A DNA stretch of 64,000 bases from Octopus sinensis (GCF_006345805.1 NC_042999.1:133920001-133984000), one strand, 5' to 3'. Shown: positions 25,176-38,993, counted from the first letter of the stretch. Numbers and translations are program-made. The notes: generated by a model not told the origin, from the letters alone.

Positions 25176-25459
25176 AAATAACTCAAGTACTCAACATTCT
25201 TCGTACAAAATCGAATGCACAAATAATAAAACCATGTTTGGTGAAGTTAAATAAGACAACATTAACCTATTAGGGAAATCTTTTTAAGCCTCACACACAC
25301 TATCCGTGAATAATATGTAGCAATTTCAACTTCCTATTGCTATATTAATCCCAAATTTCCAAACAGGGATAAAACCATTGGTCATTCTGATGCCTGAACA
25401 TTAAAGCTACCGTAATAGAATTCCAGTTCTATATTTTCTTGTATGTATGTATATATGTA

Positions 25460-25630
25460 TGGGCGCAGGAGTGGCTGTGTGGTAAGTAGCTTGCTAACCA
25501 ACCACATGGTTCCGGGTTCAGTCCCACTGCGTGGCATCTTGGGCAAGTGTCTTCTGCTATAGCCCCGGGCCGACCAATGCCTTGTGAGTGGATTTGGTAG
25601 ACGGAAACTGAAGAAGCCTTCGTATATATG

Positions 25631-25684
<54 letters not shown>

Positions 25685-25835
25685 TATATATATATATATA
25701 TTTATGTCTGTTTGCGTGTCTGAGTTTGTCCCCCTAGCATTGCTTGACAACCGATGCTGGGGTCGATTTGCTCGGCTAAAGGCGGTGATCCAGCATGGCC
25801 GCAGTCAAATGACTGAAACAAGTAAAAGAGTAGTT
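25460..25835 (+). mobile_element. SINE family B, full, with internal (TA)n
   Basis: ggcgcaggagtggctgtgtggtaagtagcttgc...ccagcatggccgcagtcaaatgactgaaacaagtaaaagag. Confidence 0.85.
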
Positions 25836-26399
25836 ATGTATGTATGTATGTATGTATGTATGTATGTAGAGTTAACAGATGAGATCTAGAGATGTTCAAT
25901 ATAGAAAAAAACTTAGCACCGCTCAAATGATTTGAACAAACACTCCCAAATCTTTACCGATGACTAAGTTCGCGAGGTAATGAGTCACTATAAGAAAAAT
26001 CCAGGTGAACAGATATGGAGATAATGATGCAAATAAACAAATATAACCGCTTGGAATAGATATACAATATATACATGTAAATAGAGAGAAACAAAGAGTG
26101 AAAATATCCAAACGAGGAATATTCATGCATAAATATATAGATATTTATATATTAACAGAGCAAACTTACACAGAAAATTAAGGGGAAAAGTTTTGGTGCT
26201 ACAGCTCGACAGCTGTTTCTGGGAGCTCGGAATTACTTCATAATGTTGGCAGATGTAGTTTACTAAAAGTCAAGTCCATGCAATCAGTAGTGGAAGTATA
26301 TAAACTTTAGGTAGATTTGGCCTCCATTTTTGGCGGATGCATAGTGTTCTTAGTTCGATGTTTTGCCGTGTTTTCTTAAGTGCGAATTCAGACATGTTC

Positions 26400-27025
26400 G
26401 GCATTTTCAAATCCTGTTGCAGACATTGCAGTAGTGGTCTCCATCATTTAAGGATAGAATGGACCCAGTTATACGCTAAAATATTTTCCCCTTCAAGTTG
26501 TTGATCCTGGCTGCCTAAAAGTCAGAGGTAGCTTACTAGCTAAAGCTACTCCACTGAGACCTGTTCTGTGCTTCCTATTCCCACGTCTTCGGGTTTATCT
26601 TGCAGGTTTTAATATAGCCTCACGAATATCCTTATAACGAACAAGGGGACAGCCTTGGTGTTAGGCACCAAAGCTAAGCTGACAACAGATGAGAGTTTAA
26701 ATATGCGAGTCAGTCTTTTCCATGCGAACAACATAGCCAATACGCCTCAAATACGCTTTGATGAAGAATCTCTCTATGCCGAGAATACCACATCTTACAA
26801 GACCCACGGGGACCTTTTCCTGGCGCTTGATATTGCAAATTCTACGAATGGAGTGAAACGACCGATTTAATATGACACCTGTGCAGAATCAATATTTCAC
26901 TCTCTGGTACACTTTGATTTTGTAGCCACGCAAATTCCATGATCTCCATGATCTTTTCAGTCCATGCTGGAATATAGCGGAAGTTTGCCTTGACAAGTAC
27001 AGGGTGATCTCTTCGTCCAGTCGGG
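26400..27025 (-). mobile_element. Degraded RTE-clade LINE 3' region
   Basis: Minus frames give LDEEITLYLSRQTSAIF...KIKVY, YLRRIGYVVRMEK and CQLSFGA*HQGCPLVRYKD, resembling the RTE RT C-terminus (GHVVRM, RYKD). Confidence 0.65.
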
Positions 27026-27102
27026 CATTATTTGATAGGATGTGAATACATATATGTGTATGTATGTATGTATATATATATATATATATATTATATAATA
27101 TA

Positions 27103-27133
<31 letters not shown>

Positions 27134-27150
27134 CTATATATAATATAATA

Positions 27151-27316
27151 ATTAGAGAATTGAAGAAATGGAGTTGAACGAAGATTGAACAGAAATCGTT
27201 TTATTGCATTCTACACGTGTTTCGAAAGGCACAATTTACCAAATTCCGATTGAATAATGAGACCATAACGATTTCTGTTCAATCTTCGTTCAACTCCATT
27301 TCTTCAATTCTCTAAT
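27151..27316. repeat. Perfect 50-bp inverted repeat, 66-bp spacer with a hammerhead 3' half
   Basis: 27151-27200 is the exact reverse complement of 27267-27316. The spacer on the minus strand reads GAAAC-ACGT-GTA (27209-27222 region). Confidence 0.92.
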
Positions 27317-27558
27317 AATATTAAAATTCAATTATCCGCACCAACCAACCACGGTTGCAACACCATATGGTTGTACCTCCACCGTGCTGTCTTCTGCTGT
27401 GATTTTTGCTACCAAGGTATCGGTTAAACTTTTGATTAATCTGCAACAAGATTATTCACATCTTTCTATTTCACAAAATATATATATATATATATATATA
27501 TGTACATATATACTGTGTGCATTGTGAGTATGTGCGCACGCATGCGCGTATATATGTA

Positions 27559-27630
<72 letters not shown>

Positions 27631-29367
27631 AATTATATAACAATAGCACTCAAGAATCTCTGGGTGCAAGATTCTTTATGGTAGAAACAACTGTATGCGA
27701 ATGCAAGTGGGTACATAATACCTGTTCTTCTGTCAGTCATTTATTAATTAATATCGCCCTCTGTTTCATCTGAGATCTGAAGCGGGAAACGTCCGACAAT
27801 TCATAGATCTTTGCTGCCTGTGCTTTCTAACACTGTGAAGTATAAGTATATTGAGATGTAACAATTTAGTGAAGCCGATGTCCCTTCCTCCAGCTTGCAA
27901 CACAATCAATTTCTATCAAACACTGATGAGTGTGAAATTTTACATACATGTATACATACATGGGTACAGAATACATACATGCATGTCCTATTATCTCTCG
28001 AGTCATTGCCTGGGTTTATTTATCCTCTTCATAGTCTTTGCATGTCTTCGAGCTATTTATCAAATATTTACAAATACAACTCCAATTAAGTGGAGCTATA
28101 AGATCATTAAACAACATATGTAATGTGCTACAAGTTATTTTCTCCTTGTTTTCATTTACTGACATCACCTTACATATATTTACCTAACTTCTCACCTGCA
28201 TTTCCCGAAGGTTTTCAAACATTTATATATAATTCAATGATTTAAATTTCATATACGAAAGTGTAGAACATTCTGATATGGAGAACCTATATCTAGAGGT
28301 TTGCTCTTTCTTTCTCTAAACTTAAGACATGGTGATTATGTTAACGAAATCTCATGTTTTGATTAATGTCACAAGTGAATATAAACGAGTTTCTTTTCGC
28401 ACAGCGACCTTCGCTCGATTTCTGCTGATGAAGTGAATATACATGTGCACATTTATATATCCATATTAATCGCACAAAAATGTTTCGTTCCAAATAAAAA
28501 GAATATGCGTATTATTTTTACGATGTAGTTCTCGAATTCAGGTGTCGGGCAGGTAAGAATGTTAGCATGCCCAAAAATGTTACTCAGTATTTCTTCCTGT
28601 TTACGCTAGGAGTTCTAATTCCATCAAGGTGGCATTGCCTTTCGGGATTCTTTCAGCATCGATAAAATTGAGCAAGAAGTCGATGTATTCCACTAGTACT
28701 TCCACCCGCTCCATCATACCCCAAAATTATAAGCCTTATGCCTATAGCAAAAAGAAATTATAATCTGTGCAGGCCTAGATTGGTTTCAATTTTGTTCCTT
28801 TATTTTACATACACACACGTGCACACAGAGAATTAATTTTACTATCATTATAATTACTGATTTTACAAATGATGATATCCTTGTGGAATATACAGATTAC
28901 AAAGTCTCCAATCGGTCATTTAGTTATCTATTCTCTTCTTTCTCATATCTGTCACAATATCTATCTATGAAACATATATACTTACTTCTCAGTTAAACTA
29001 TTTTCAAAACTATACGACTAAATATACACCAGCCTACATATGAATGAGTTATGATATCTATATGTATATCTGTCTACTTGTCTATTAATACACGGGCTAA
29101 TTTATGTACAATTTTTTTATATCTACGTAAATGTTTGTATTTCTAAGGAAGCATGCGTCTGCAAATACTGATAGAAATACTTATATATGTATGTATTTAT
29201 GTGTATATACATGTATGTGGGAGTTTGTGTGTGTCTGTGTGTGTCTTTCTGTGCATGCGTTCATATATACATGAGGGTATGTACAAGACAGTGTATGTCT
29301 ATAAATATGTATATCTTTATAAACATGTGTTTGTATATGTATGTATCATATATACATACATATATAT

Positions 29368-29400
<33 letters not shown>

Positions 29401-29413
29401 GTATATAATATAT

Positions 29414-29461
<48 letters not shown>

Positions 29462-30001
29462 GACAGACAGACAGATAGATACATAGATAGACAGATAGAT
29501 AGATAAACAGATGTGTATACATTTGTGTGTGTGAGTGTATGAATAAAGATAGACAGATGCTGATACACATATTGATATATACGTCAAATTAATGTCGAAC
29601 TCAATAGAGGAAATGCATTATTATTTAAATACGAAGCACAAATCTGACAAGAGAAATTGATAAAGGAAATAGATGTTATACAAAACACAAACCATATTTA
29701 TCAGAACAACAACATAGCGTCCCCTGTCATCACACTGATTCTTAGATTCCTACTTCACTTCGGTAGAAAACTGTAAATAATTTTTCTCTCCGTCAGCTCA
29801 AACGCATACAAGAAAACATGTTCGCACACACACAGAAATAAATGAATGCATACACAGGACCCTCCACACACATACATACACTCATGCACGCACGCACACA
29901 CACACAAACACCCACCACACAATATATATATACATAAATGTATGTATATGTAAACATATATACTATATACATAATGCAATTATGTATCGTATATATATAT
30001 A

Positions 30002-30040
<39 letters not shown>

Positions 30041-30159
30041 ATATACTATATATATATATATATATACATAACATTATATATATGGCATATATATATATAT
30101 AATATATATATATGCATATAATAATATATTTATATATATATGATTATATATATATGTAT

Positions 30160-30211
<52 letters not shown>

Positions 30212-30220
30212 GTATATATG

Positions 30221-30270
<50 letters not shown>

Positions 30271-30694
30271 TTATATACAATAGGAATAAACAACAAAAGT
30301 CAATTAGACCTACACAATGAATATATTATATGTGTGTAATACGTATAAACACACACAAATACACACGTAAACGCGCACGCGTACGCACACATGTGCACAT
30401 ACATGTGCACCCCACTACTCATATATATCAACATAGATATACATATGCATGTTCCGTATAGGTATTTTGTAAATATGACAGGTTCTTACAAATCCATGTG
30501 TTATGAAGATGTAAAAAAAAAAAAAAAAAAATAGCGGTTCATGCAAATGAAAACGAGGCTTTAACGAGTTATATCTGCAACTGTATATATTTGATCGTTT
30601 TATTTTATTTTGATATTTGTAGGTAATCACCATAACGTCAGAATATCACGCCGTTACTGATGTCACATTTTCTTCGCATCTGCCTCCGTTTTGT

Positions 30695-30738
<44 letters not shown>

Positions 30739-30872
30739 ACAACAACTTCATATGGACATTTGGTTCTTAATACGAAGAAAAAAGTAAATAGCATTTAAAT
30801 ACGTATAGAAGGAGTTTAAAAGTATTTATCAACTTGTTGATTGAATCGGCTCCAATATTACTGGAACTTTCC

Positions 30873-31025
30873 AAGGCGGTGAGCTGGCAGAAACGTTAGC
30901 ACGCTGGGCGAAATGCTTAGCGGTATTTCGGCTGCCGTTACGTTCTGAGTTCGAATTCCGCCGAGGTCGACTTTGCCTTTCATCCTTTCGGGGTCGATTA
31001 AATAAGTATCAGTTACGCACTGGTA
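30873..31025 (+). mobile_element. SINE family A
   Basis: ggcggtgagctggcagaaacgttagcacgc...gaggtcgactttgcctttcatcctttcggggtcga. Confidence 0.85.
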
Positions 31026-31289
31026 CACACACACGCGCGCGCGTGCACACACACATATATATACAGTGATACCACGCAGTACGAATTTAATTCGCCCGAT
31101 AACCGAGCCCGTTTTACGAATTAATCCTTTCACAAATCAATTTTCTCCATTGAAATTAACTAAAGTATAATCAATCCGTGCCAGCTCCCTAAAACCACCC
31201 CAAAATATTTTTTGTGGGTCTTGAAAAGGTATAGTTACAAGTAAAATGACTATCATAGAAAAGAATGCAAAAGAAATATGGAAACTTGA

Positions 31290-32150
31290 TTTATTAACTG
31301 AATTACCTCAAAGATGGGACGATTTGTGCGCGATGAAGACAATAGAGCGGGGAAGTAGAGGATTTCTGTTTGGAAGGAGAATCTTCTTCCATTAAAACTT
31401 CAGGAAGAACAATTTCTAGCGTTTTCTCTCTCACTTCGCTTAATTTAGGCCTTTTGGACACACTTTCTTCACTTTTTACACTTGCAGGTCGTTTTCATTA
31501 GAAGCATATCAAGAGAAGTCTGCTTTTTCCTGCCTTTCAAAATGCCAGGGCAGTGTTATTAACTAAAGCAGCTGCACAAAAGTTTCTGACGCTATGAAGA
31601 CCAGACCTCTTCTTAAAATTATCAAACCAGCCGCGACTAGCTTTAAATGCGTCTGCTGATGTCTCTTCCGTCGATGTTCCAGGGTTCTGCTTCAGGAGTT
31701 CCCCATACAACGCTCGTGTTTTCTCAGATGATGGTCTCCGTCATCGTATCCCCTGCGAGTTGCTTCTCGTTGATCCACAGGAGAAGCAAGTTTTCTATCC
31801 ATTCGTGGACAGACGTGCGTTGCTTAGAGAGCATGGAGACATACTTTGCTGTTGCAACGGCCTTGATCTCGTCCTTTTTCTTCAGGATGGTGAAGATCAT
31901 CGACGTGCTTTGGTCGTATTGACGTGTTATATCCATTACATACACTCCTCTCTCATGTTTATCAATGATTTCCTTCTTCAATTCTCTCGCAATCAACTTT
32001 TTCTTCTTCTCAGCTCTATCCTTTGCACTAACCTTTTTAGGACACATGGCTAACACAACTAACTTTAAATTAGTAACAAAACTAAGCAAAAACATTGGGA
32101 AAAACACAACAGGGATGCCGCTAAAACGAGATAAATACGTGATCGAGTGA
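31290..32150 (-). mobile_element. Tigger/pogo-like transposase remnant (HTH-psq + CENP-B HTH)
   Basis: MCPKKVSAK...ELKKEIIDKHERGV...STSMIFTILKKKDEIK...LLLLWINEKQLAGDT; AFKASRGWFDNFKKR at about 31605-31650; multiple stops. Confidence 0.85.
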
Positions 32151-32169
32151 AGACTGCGCCATTTGGGAG

Positions 32170-32890
32170 GCTATTGGGGGGGCTAGAAAGAAATTAGACA
32201 ACATTATACGTAATGATATCAGTGGTACCTGCCCTAGATATAGAAACAAAGAATGGAATAGGATACAAACAGCTTGTGGCAAAGCAAACATGTGGTATAA
32301 CACCGACAAATATCAAGGAGTGATGTTTGTAGAGTCCACAGCCCATGGAGAACTAACCCGTAGATTTTGAAAAGCTCTGAAGGAGACCAAACTCAACATT
32401 AAGATTGTTGAAAAGCCAGGGAACTCCGTCAGATCACAACTATGTAGGACGTACCCCTTTGAGAATACCTTATGTACCAATGATAACTGCATGGTATGTA
32501 GGATTAGCCCTGGCATTAACTGTAGAACTCGAAATGTAGCTCACTCGAAATGTAGCTTACTCGAAATGTAGCTTACTCGAAATGTAGAAGGTGCTTGTAA
32601 AGACATGAACATGGCGTACATAGGGAAGACATCTAGGAGCATTGCGGAACGACTAAATGAACATCTGAGACAATATGACGACAAAAAACGGTCCTCCATA
32701 CTCTACCAACATGCCAAAGACTACCATGGAGGCAACTTGGGTCAACTTGACATCCAAGCATCCCAAAGACCCAACACTCAGACAAATACGGGAGTACGTC
32801 CTTATAAATGAAACTTCTCCAATACTGATTGGAAATATACATAGTAGATATCATACCTCCATACCCACAATTTACACAGGTAGAGTAGAA
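32170..32890 (+). mobile_element. Penelope-like element GIY-YIG endonuclease region
   Basis: KIVEKPGNSVRSQL; Cys-rich linker C..DNCMVC...NCRTRNV; YIGKTSRSIAERLNEH; LYQHAKDYH; RQIRE. Confidence 0.8.
32527..32587 (+). repeat. 16-bp tandem repeat, ~3.8 copies
   Basis: ACTCGAAATGTAGCT(C/T) repeated head to tail with no spacers. Confidence 0.95.
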
Positions 32891-33572
32891 TAGTTAGTGG
32901 ACTGTTATGTAGATAGATGTATGTATGTGTGTGGGTGGATGTGAGTGGGTGTGTATGCACTTGTATTTTTTTTATGTAAGCATATGGCTATAAAAATAAA
33001 CAGATCAACACAGAAACGGATAGGTAGATAAGTTATAAGAACAGACAAGCACACATACGCAAATTGAGACTGAAACACATGACCATCTATACACACACAC
33101 ACACAAAGACGCATATGGAGACACGGGCCCACACGTATAGAGATGCACATCCATACATACAAACATGGTACATAGTTGCAAAACACACACACAGACATGC
33201 AAACACAAGGAGACAGAGGTGCATACATATACAAACACACGCTCACACACAGACACATACATAGAAAATACGTAAACACAGACATGCAAGCACACGAATA
33301 TGCAGAATACATACATACAGATGCACACAGATACATGCATATATACATATGCATACACACACATGAATACATACATACATACATACATACATACATACAT
33401 ACATACACACACATGAATACATAAATACATACATACATATATACATACATTCGTACACACATATATATATATATTACATGCATGCATAGGCACACACACA
33501 CACACTGACCCATACACATGCGCACAAACAAAAAAAAGGGGACGCAGTGTTAATAACGGACAGATCCAGACT

Positions 33573-33825
33573 ATTGAAACGGTTGCAAGAAGCAACGAAA
33601 ATTTTAGGAAAATAAAAATAAGTGGAAATTTTACCGGTGAGTGTGTTAAATTATAAGGCGCAAAAAGAAAATGACTCTCCCCAAACACAACAGAATATGC
33701 TGCAACACACGAACTCATAAAAAGAATCTTGCAAACCAAATCCCAAAACGAAATATATGTACGTATATATGCATGTATATATAAGTATGCATATATATAT
33801 ATAATATATATATATATAAGTATGC

Positions 33826-33856
<31 letters not shown>

Positions 33857-33942
33857 TATATATATATATATACAACACACACACATATATATACATATAC
33901 ACCACACACACATTATATATATTATATATATACATACCCACC

Positions 33943-33991
<49 letters not shown>

Positions 33992-35078
33992 TATAATTAT
34001 ATATATATATATATAATATACATGTATACATACATACATATCTACCTACCTACCTACATATATATATATAATATATAATATATATATATATATATATAGT
34101 TAACGGTTTGTAGTCGTATACTCAACATGCAGGAATTGAACACCTATTTTGTTAGACTACCTGTAAGAGATGTCAAATTTCTTTAATTAATAGATAATAA
34201 TTTGTCTCTCTCTGTATTTTCTTATCTTATGGAAGTTTATATATATATTTATGAACACGCACACAAATACACAAACATAAGCATTTATAAAGACAAACTT
34301 AAATACGAGCGCCTCTATGTATCAGAGACAGTGTGTGTAGATAGATATGGGGAGAAATATAAAATAGATCGGTAAGTAGTTAGATATCATAGTTATTTCA
34401 CTACAAACCCATAAAACATTTGTGATAACCTCATTAAAAATTATCAGTCGATAAAGCAAATCTCCGTACATAAAACAACCCAGAATGTTGCTTACAGAGA
34501 GAATTTGGGGATGACTGCTAGGAGAATACAAAATGGCCGATTTTCATTTTGACATTATTTACAGATGGAAAGAATATATATGGGCGAAATAATGCTCAAA
34601 CGCAGAATTTATTTGAATAAATACTGTACGACGTTGCTTTTTCTTTTTAGACGGTGGCTACGTAGACTATTACGAAAATACAATTACCTTGATGCAAATA
34701 CATAAAACAGTGTCACTTTGAATGCTATATGTGCTGTTGCTATCGTTGTAGTTATCGTTTCCCTACGGGTCAACCTGCTTACAAGATATCCAAGGTTCTT
34801 ATCTTATTTAAACGGGAAGAGAGATGGAACGGAAAAGATTGGAGCACACACACATAAATGGTTAAATATACATATATATATGGATAACTGTATATATGTG
34901 TATGTGTGTGTGTATATGTATGTATGTTTATATGTATATATCTATGTATATGTGTTGTGTCTGGGGAGAGTCATTCTCTTTTAGTGCTTTATCATTTAAC
35001 ACACTCACCGGTAAAATTTCCACTCATTTCTTATTTTTATTTTCTAAAATTTTCGTTGCGTCTTGCAACCTTTTCAAT
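33573..35078. repeat. Long-range inverted repeat, ~120-bp arms about 1.26 kb apart
   Basis: 33573-33692 (…aagtggaaattttaccggtgagtgtgttaaat…atgactctcccc) versus 34953-35078 (ggggagagtcat…atttaacacactcaccggtaaaatttccact…). Confidence 0.85.
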
Positions 35079-35264
35079 GTATATGTATATGTGTATATTT
35101 GCAAATTTAATGTACATATGCATGTAGATATATGTGTGTGTATGTGTGTGTATAGTAAATCCAGCCCCACCAAAAAACAGAAAAACAAACACAAAAAACA
35201 AACAACGCGAGGATGTGGTACATGTAAAGTATTAGCAGAGACGCTCGGAAAGGAAACAAAGGTG

Positions 35265-35299
35265 GTTCTACGTTTCGAGCAAAGCTCTTCTTCAGAAAC
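35265..35299 (-). ncRNA. Minimal type I hammerhead ribozyme
   Basis: GTTT-CTGAAGA-A-GAGC(TTT)GCTC-GAAAC-GTA-GAAC: 4-bp stem I with one G.U, ACGT palindrome, GUA triplet. Confidence 0.65.
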
Positions 35300-35447
35300 A
35301 GGAGACAGAGGAAAGTCCAAGAGAAAAGGAAGACGGAGGGGGAAAAATCGCCATCGATTCACATGTAGTTACGGTAGAACTATACACACGTCTAATTTTA
35401 TAAGGACAACTCGTGTATTGTTCTATAAATTATATTGAATTGGAACG

Positions 35448-35517
35448 ATCGTACTGAAGAGTCCACGGACGAGAATTACGTAAATAAATATCGTTAATGG
35501 CGAATTCGATCTACGAT
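35448..35517 (+). ncRNA. Decayed type I hammerhead (apparent small deletion in GAAA)
   Basis: ATCGTA-CTGAAGA-GTCC(AC)GGAC-GA-GAATT...AATTCGA-TC-TACGAT: perfect 6-bp stem I and 4-bp stem II. Confidence 0.5.
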
Positions 35518-36310
35518 TAATTCTGTATTTTGTATATTTTCATGTGTCTTACCCGCTTTTGTTCTGGTGTTTGCTGAATTTCTCTAGAGAACATTCTTTT
35601 CTTTGTAGTTAGATCGTAGATGATCTTCTAGCATATTGGATGTCCACTTAGTGGTCATATAGATATATATATATATATATATATATATCGAGACAGAGAG
35701 AGAGACAGAGAGAGACATACAGACAGACAGAAAGAGTGGAAAGAATGTCCTATTCCTCATGTTTGTTCCAACAATCACCACACCAAAACATGCACACATA
35801 TATGTGTGCGTATCTATATGTGTGTGTGAGAGTGTGTGTGTCTATGTGTGTGTGAGCGTGTGTATGTGTGTGTGTGCATATGTGTGTATGTGTGTGTGTG
35901 TATTTAGGTGTGAATATGTGTATCAGTGATAATGGCAAACCAAGAAAAAACAAAACAAAGTAGCACTCAACATATTTTGTTGTAACTGTCAGTATTTATT
36001 AAAAGGTTGGCTCAACTCCATAAACCCTAGCATGCTGTGAGCTGTGATGTTAAACGTGAAGGCTGTGTTTGAAAAATTTTGTTAGGTTACTTGCACTACT
36101 ACACGAGGATGCAAATAATTTCATCCTACTGCATCAGATAGCACTGCTAGTTTCCTAAGAAACAGGAGTCAACGGGGATGTTTTTTATCAACACTCACTC
36201 TTCTGGTGTTTTATCTCAGGGCCACACTTGCAAAACCTTTTAGAAGCACCCAAGAAAACTTCATCTCGATATACACATGAACGACCGAAGCAAAATAATC
36301 CCCGTGTGCA

Positions 36311-36505
36311 TACAGGCGTAGCCAAAAGTTTGGAACTGGTCTGAAAATTAGAATTGTTTGCCTACTTTTTCTTCTAGATATTGACCCATTGGATCAGCTA
36401 TTACATAAGTATAAATCTACGTTGTATATATTTGAAATCAATTGTCCTTGGGCATAACACTTTTAATATTTAAAAATATATTCCAAACATTTGGCCACGA
36501 TTGTA
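36311..36505. mobile_element. Tc1/mariner-type MITE, 191 bp plus TA TSDs
   Basis: TA-caggcgtagccaaaagtttggaa ... ttccaaacatttggccacgattg-TA; imperfect ~23-bp TIRs. Confidence 0.75.
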
Positions 36506-37819
36506 TTACTTTACACCAACGAATGCTTATTATTGCTTTATTAGGAGAGAGCCTACAAGTATTTTTAGGTACTTTTCCATATTAAATTAACAGTGTGATA
36601 TCGGCTATCGTTATTCGATCAAATTTAATAAGACAGAAGTTAGTTCACAGAACGTTAGTTGCCATATCAGTCTTTTCATTACACTGCAATTCACTGAACA
36701 TACTTCAGACATCACGATGGAAAAAGAAATTTAGTACAGGCTTTACTAAACTAATTTGACCTTTGGTCTCTACGAAAGCACTTCTTCAATAAGGGCAACG
36801 TCGAACTGGCTATGTAAAGGTCAGTGGTGATCACCGCTTTTATCTAATATAGTGAAACTTAGACTCTGTAAGAAGGCACAACATGTAAGCAACTCGAAAA
36901 CTTCTACCATAGAAAACTGCATTATATACGAAGAACATAGTCAGCTGCGAGGATATATTATACCGTGTATAAAGCGCTAGTTATTTTCAAACATGCTACC
37001 CGAAACATGGCTGAGATGACCAATTATACACATATAGTTGTCTTTTATTACGTGATGTTAACAGGGTCATGAAAGCAGGGAAACCAAAAGATGTGATACT
37101 GTGAATAACCAAGAAGCACACTGGAGCAGTACAAGATGCCACAGACCTAATGGGAAGAATGGGCAAAAACACAGCATTGAGTAGCCAATAATTAACATCA
37201 TCCAGCATCACCAACTCTGTAGACTACTGAAATCGAACAGATAAAAAGTGGCTGGCGCGGGTAAACACCAGTAACATGCATCAACCACCACAATCACCAT
37301 GTCTGAGTTTGCCTCATATGCACGAACATGTCAATTGTGAAATTGACTTTCACACACACACAAGCGCGCTGACTCCGGTTTATCAGCTGCAAGAGAGGTC
37401 ATCGTCGGCTATGACAGACGGCTAAGAAGAAGAACGAGCATGTGTTTACGTGCGCATGCATGTGTGTCTATAAAGACGTATATTTGCAGAGAGCGGCTCT
37501 TGACCATGATTTAACCATCAACCTATGTGATTAGGTGTCGTTCGACGATGCTCAAGTACGAGGTACTGATATTTTTATGATTTACGATTGGCTTTGTTTG
37601 CGGAAGACCTACTTGAAGTGTTAGATAGACGGGTGCAGGCCACCAGAGATAGGAGAGAGAGGGAGATTCACTTAACAACACTTATAGAGATGGGGAGGGA
37701 TACAGATATGGAAGGGAAAAGTGGGGGTGAATAAAAGTAGGGAGAAAAGTTGACTTAAAAGGAGAGCGAAAGAGAATTATGGTGAAGAGAATACACATTT
37801 ATATATCCATATATACATG

Positions 37820-37881
<62 letters not shown>

Positions 37882-37887
37882 TATATA

Positions 37888-37969
<82 letters not shown>

Positions 37970-38352
37970 TATATATATATATTATATATATATATATGTA
38001 TACACACACACACACACTCATACACACACACACTCATACACGCACACACATACAATATAAAAGAGTCAAAGGAATCGAGTATTTAATTGGTGGGCACCAT
38101 GTAGGGTCGAAATAAACTACCAAACAGCACCTTTAGTCGAATAGATAAATAGAGTACCGAAGTATATCCAGTGAAAAATTTACGTTGTGTGTACAGAGAA
38201 GTTAATCCTTATAAGTATTTTGATTGCCTATGGGATAATCCGAAAGCGTACATTGTATTGGTCGTACGTTATTTAGTATTCTGTAGAATATCCGACGGGT
38301 CGGGATTCCAGTTAGATGCATTATGAACAAATAAATAAATAACAAATAAGAA

Positions 38353-38396
<44 letters not shown>

Positions 38397-38437
38397 CAAA
38401 GTAAAGTTGGAGGTTACTGCACGAGTAAAAATATATA

Positions 38438-38547
38438 GAAAAGAATCTGAAAATCCTAGAATCCTTTAAAAGTATTTATTTACTTAACCGGTTTCAACCG
38501 GTTAAGTAAATACGTTTAAAACATTCCTGCATTTTCAGATTCTTTTC
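38438..38547. repeat. 110-bp imperfect palindrome
   Basis: Outer arms gaaaagaatctgaaaat / attttcagattcttttc; inner 17-bp arms tatttacttaaccggtt-tc-aaccggttaagtaaata. Confidence 0.9.
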
Positions 38548-38659
38548 ATTATATATGTGTGTGTGTGTGTTTGTGTGTTTGTGTGTGCGTGTGTTTGTGT
38601 GCGTGTGTGTGTGAGCGTGTGTGTGTGTGTGTGTGTGTATGTGTGTATGTAAGTATATG

Positions 38660-38993
38660 TATTTTATTCTTTTTATCCTTTTTTTAGTTTCATCAATTAC
38701 TTTTGCCGAACCGCTAGGTTATGGGGGTGTAAACTCACTAACACCGGTTGTCAATCGGTGATGGAGGAAACAAAACACAGACACAATGACACACACACAC
38801 GCACACACACACACACATATATATATATATTTATATATGATGGCCTTCATTCAGTCTCCGTCTATCAAATCCACTCACAAGACTTTGGTTGGCCCGAGGC
38901 TATAGTAAAAGACGCCCAAGGTTCCACGCAGTAGGACTGAACTCGGAACCATGTGGCTGGGAAGCAAGCTTCTTACAATACAGCTACGCCTGC
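38660..38993 (-). mobile_element. SINE family B
   Basis: ccgtctatcaaatccactcacaagactttggttggcccgaggctatag...ggaaccatgtggctgggaagcaagcttctta. Confidence 0.8.

Noticed and set aside
32527-32587. 16-bp repeats as CRISPR or iterons
   Set aside because: No spacers; derived from the surrounding Penelope coding sequence.
32905-34039. 208-aa and 344-aa ORFs, and the many similar YI/CV/MYV ORFs across the window
   Set aside because: Translations of (TA)n, (CA)n and (TACA)n microsatellites.
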